A stretch of 64,000 nt of DNA from Candidatus Latescibacterota bacterium (GTDB lineage: Bacteria > Latescibacterota > UBA2968), in the NCBI GenBank assembly GCA_965198115.1, contig OZ240241.1:6016001-6080000 (forward strand). Reading direction: 5' to 3'. The first letter of the stretch is position 1; every line of letters begins with the position of its first letter. The position numbers were made by a program, and so were the translations under genes. Of this stretch, positions 61,483-64,000 are shown piece after piece. The notes beneath the pieces are model-generated. The model did no database searches. It was given only the letters and a program-made list of their open reading frames with translations, and was not told the DNA's origin.

Positions 61483-62030
61483 TCTCCTGTCACGGCCCGC
61501 TCATCCTGAGTAGGGGTCTAGCAAGACTGTTCAGTCACGTTCGCGACGGTAAAGCATCCCCGTATCGAAGGACGAGCTGGATCGCGTTGATGTGTCTTCT
61601 TCTCGGCCACTGTGCTCCAGTCCAAGGAGAAGTCACCGAAGCCCAGGTCATGGACGTGGCCGTCGAACTCGCCTGCCTCTGCGGCGACTGTCCCAACCGG
61701 CCGTTGGATGAGTGTCGCTGCGGATACGCGGGGACACAGCGCAATCGGATCGCAGACGAACTCGAGAGCGGAAAAACTAGAGATCAGATTATCGCGGGAT
61801 TCGTCGTCGAATTCGGGGATCGAATTTTCGTCACCCCGCCAAAGGAAGGGTTCAACCTCATGGCCTGGTTCATGCCTTTCTTCGGGATCCTCATCGGAGG
61901 TTATGCAGTTCAGTCCATCATGAAAGGCTGGTCCAGAAGCCACGCCCGAAGTGCACCGTCGTCAGCGGACACCGTTTCTGAATCCGATCGTGCTAAACTG
62001 GAAGAGGCCCTGGGCGAACGCGACTCATGA
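61479..62030 (+). CDS. ccmH: Cytochrome c biogenesis protein CcmH
   Basis: ATGA overlap with ccmF and AGGAGG RBS; LACLCGDC...LDECRCGYA, FVTPPKEGFNLMAW. Confidence 0.85.
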   Translation: MISCHGPLILSRGLARLFSHVRDGKASPYRRTSWIALMCLLLGHCAPVQGEVTEAQVMDVAVELACLCGDCPNRPLDECRCGYAGTQRNRIADELESGKTRDQIIAGFVVEFGDRIFVTPPKEGFNLMAWFMPFFGILIGGYAVQSIMKGWSRSHARSAPSSADTVSESDRAKLEEALGERDS

Positions 62031-62070
62031 GTCGGTCGCCCGCTTTCCAATGTTCTATCTTAAATCTTAA

Positions 62071-62427
62071 ATGTTCGAAGCCCTTTACATCTTGTCCGCC
62101 GCCGCCGTCCTGGCGTTCATCTTCGCCCCGCTGTTTCGCAAACAGGGCGAGGTCCAGCGGGCCAGCAACCGCGAGTCACGTCGCAGGCAGCTTCTTGAAG
62201 AGCGCGAGCGCACACTCGAGGCCATTCGCGAACTCGACTTCGACTTCCGCATGGGCAAGCTCGAAGACAATGACTACCGACAGATCCGCTCACGTTACGA
62301 GGCCGACGCCATCGCCGTCATCAAGAAGCTCGACGAAGGCAACGGCCGCGCGGACCCGATCGAAGACCTCGTCGAACAGGAAATCGCCGCCGTCCGCCGC
62401 TCCCGCAAAGGTCCTACGACGTCGTAG
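62071..62427 (+). CDS. Small membrane protein of the ccm operon (CcmI N-terminus-like)
   Basis: TM ending APLF, then AIRELDFDFRMGKLEDNDY...RYEA. Confidence 0.75.
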   Translation: MFEALYILSAAAVLAFIFAPLFRKQGEVQRASNRESRRRQLLEERERTLEAIRELDFDFRMGKLEDNDYRQIRSRYEADAIAVIKKLDEGNGRADPIEDLVEQEIAAVRRSRKGPTTS

Positions 62428-62494
62428 TCGTTCCTTAGTCCCAGGACGCGGTGTGATCGAATCAGCTATAACAAGTTTATTGAGCCTGCCAGTA

Positions 62495-62808
62495 TCATCG
62501 ATGTTGCGAAGCCCCCAAGTCTTCAACAGACCACCGACCCATTCCCCGAATAGGGCCTCGAACCCGATCCATCCTCTCATTCGTGTTCATCTGTGTTCAT
62601 TTGTGGTTCCCCGCCTTTTGGTTTTCACATCAGCGGTCGCACACGTGTTCAGACGGGCAAGGTCATCGATGTTGCAAAACCTGCCGATCTTCAAGGTACC
62701 CCCTCACGGTTCCCCGACTAGGGCCTCGATCCCCACCCTACGCACCATCTGTGTCCATCTATGTTCATCTGTGGTCCCCTGTCTTTTGGTTTTCACATCA
62801 GCGGGCGC
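62495..62808 (+). repeat. 168-bp in-frame tandem duplication containing 10-bp ATCTGTGTTC-type microrepeats
   Basis: Copies start TCATCGATGTTGC at 62495 and 62663 and both end CTTTTGGTTTTCACATCAGCGG; partial third copy at ~63882-63935. Confidence 0.8.
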
Positions 62809-63844
62809 TCAGACACTTTCCGGAACCGTCACCAACAGCACCCTCTCGCGACCCGAAGCCGGTCTCCCCGTCCAGATCGTCAGCCACAGCGCGACCGATG
62901 CAACGGTCATGGCCGATACAACCGACGCAAACGGACAGTTCAGCTTCAACCTACCCGAGACGCCGAGTAGCGAGATCCCGATCCTCATCTCAACGCGATA
63001 TCTCGGGGTCGACTACACATCCGACCGCGTCACGGACCCGACCGCACTCATCGAGATCCTCGTCTACGAGACATCCGAGGATCCATCAGACCTGAGCGTC
63101 GTCTCGCACCATCTGATTGTCGACGCTGCGACCAACCAAGCCTCTCAGATCTACATCTTCCGCAACGACAGCGATCGAACCTACAAAACTGGGACGGGCC
63201 ACGGACACGGCATCGAACTCCCGCTTCCCCAGAATGTCACGCAGTTCTTCGAGGGACCGCAGGGTCTGCACAACCACGGCTCGACGCTCGTCGACGCCCG
63301 ACCCGTTCCACCCGGTGGTATCCAGCTCGCCTACTCGTTCGAGCTTCCCCCCGACCGCCAGTTCGCTCAACACCTCGTGTTCGACACACAATCTGTCGAC
63401 CTCCTCGTCACCCCCACGGACACGCCCATCACGCAGACTTCGCTGGAAGACATCGGTCCAATCACGCTGGGACAACGGGAATATCGGCGACTTGGCGCAA
63501 AGAATCTCAGGAGAGGACAACACATCGCTTTCACGGTTGGCGGTCCGACCTTCTCAGATCAAGGTGGCTGGGCGACCGAAAAGAATGGTCCGTGGATACT
63601 GGGCAGCGTCGCGTTGATCGCTCTGCTCGCCGTCGTCTTCATCAAAGTCGGCCAACGCCGCCAGACCAACAGCGGTCCCTCACCGGGCGAACTCGGTCCC
63701 GACGTGCGTCGCACCGCACTCCTCGAGCAAATCGCCGACCTCGACGACCGCCTCGACGCCGGACGAATCGAGAAAGACGATCACGCCCGACGCCGCGAAG
63801 CCCTCAAAGCCGAAGTCGTAGACCTCACCCGAGACAAAGCCTAA
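62669..63844 (+). CDS. Periplasmic carboxypeptidase-regulatory-like domain membrane protein of the ccm operon (start uncertain; 62501 possible)
   Basis: AQTLSGTVTNST...TTDANGQFSF, YLGVDY, C-terminal TM and LLEQIADLDDRLDAGRI...RREALK. Confidence 0.75.
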   Translation: MLQNLPIFKVPPHGSPTRASIPTLRTICVHLCSSVVPCLLVFTSAGAQTLSGTVTNSTLSRPEAGLPVQIVSHSATDATVMADTTDANGQFSFNLPETPSSEIPILISTRYLGVDYTSDRVTDPTALIEILVYETSEDPSDLSVVSHHLIVDAATNQASQIYIFRNDSDRTYKTGTGHGHGIELPLPQNVTQFFEGPQGLHNHGSTLVDARPVPPGGIQLAYSFELPPDRQFAQHLVFDTQSVDLLVTPTDTPITQTSLEDIGPITLGQREYRRLGAKNLRRGQHIAFTVGGPTFSDQGGWATEKNGPWILGSVALIALLAVVFIKVGQRRQTNSGPSPGELGPDVRRTALLEQIADLDDRLDAGRIEKDDHARRREALKAEVVDLTRDKA

Positions 63845-63946
63845 GTTCAGACACAAAGCTGCACGGGTGTCTCTCGGTGCTTTCCCCGAATAGAGCCCCG
63901 ATCCCGACGAACCACCCTTTCGTGTATTTCGTGGTAGGTTCTTCCT

Positions 63947-64000
63947 GTGCCCCAACCCGCCATCCAGATTCAAACCGTCACGAAACGCTTCGGACCCTTC
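63947..64000 (+). CDS. Start of an ABC ATP-binding protein, probably heme exporter CcmA (truncated by the window)
   Basis: MPQPAIQIQTVTKRFGPF resembles an ABC ATPase N-terminus; ccm context. Confidence 0.6.
   Translation, partial: MPQPAIQIQTVTKRFGPF

Noticed and set aside
62027-62500. 5' extension of the 605-aa ORF 62027-63844
   Set aside because: It overlaps the better-supported 62071-62427 gene in another frame and translates to low-complexity Ser/Arg-rich sequence
1-64000. tRNA, rRNA, tmRNA or known riboswitches
   Set aside because: No cloverleaf, T-loop/CCA context or conserved rRNA/riboswitch motif recognised by eye; an Infernal/Rfam scan would be decisive

Overview
GC-rich bacterial chromosome window from the origin region. 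It probably comes from an FCB-group lineage such as Latescibacterota; this is inferred from T9SS-type C-terminal domains, dockerin-like motifs and a PorV-like barrel. Left to right: dnaA (cut by the window edge), rpmH-rnpA-yidC-mnmE-rsmG with two parS sites, FAH/fumC/icd/ppi, a DnaA-box cluster (candidate oriC) about 9.3 kb from dnaA, then pgsA-like, tmk and ctpA. A ~17.4 kb minus-strand cell-surface locus follows: a giant FN3/dockerin/cohesin/T9SS-CTD protein, two FG-GAP proteins, a PorV-like barrel-transglutaminase-TPR fusion, a small TPR protein and a CHASE2 adenylate cyclase. This locus carries many frameshifts and stops that are probably sequencing errors. Next come a GT9 and a FlhG/MinD-like ATPase divergent from a Pro-rich scaffold-like protein, and a mixed operon (ATP-grasp, larE, def, PHP, pncB, moaD, moaE, phosphatase, alkA). 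An IS1380 element flanked by CTAG coincides with an apparent GC-skew flip and a 5'-truncated gene. The right part has an orphan M.MthZI/Zim-like DNA methylase, a triple-DUF5069 protein, a sirtuin, yceH, hspQ, an M16 peptidase and a ccm operon. Many gene junctions carry short 7-10 bp tandem repeats or REP-like hairpins. No rRNA, tRNA or CRISPR array was seen. All calls are from reading the sequence; no database search was run.
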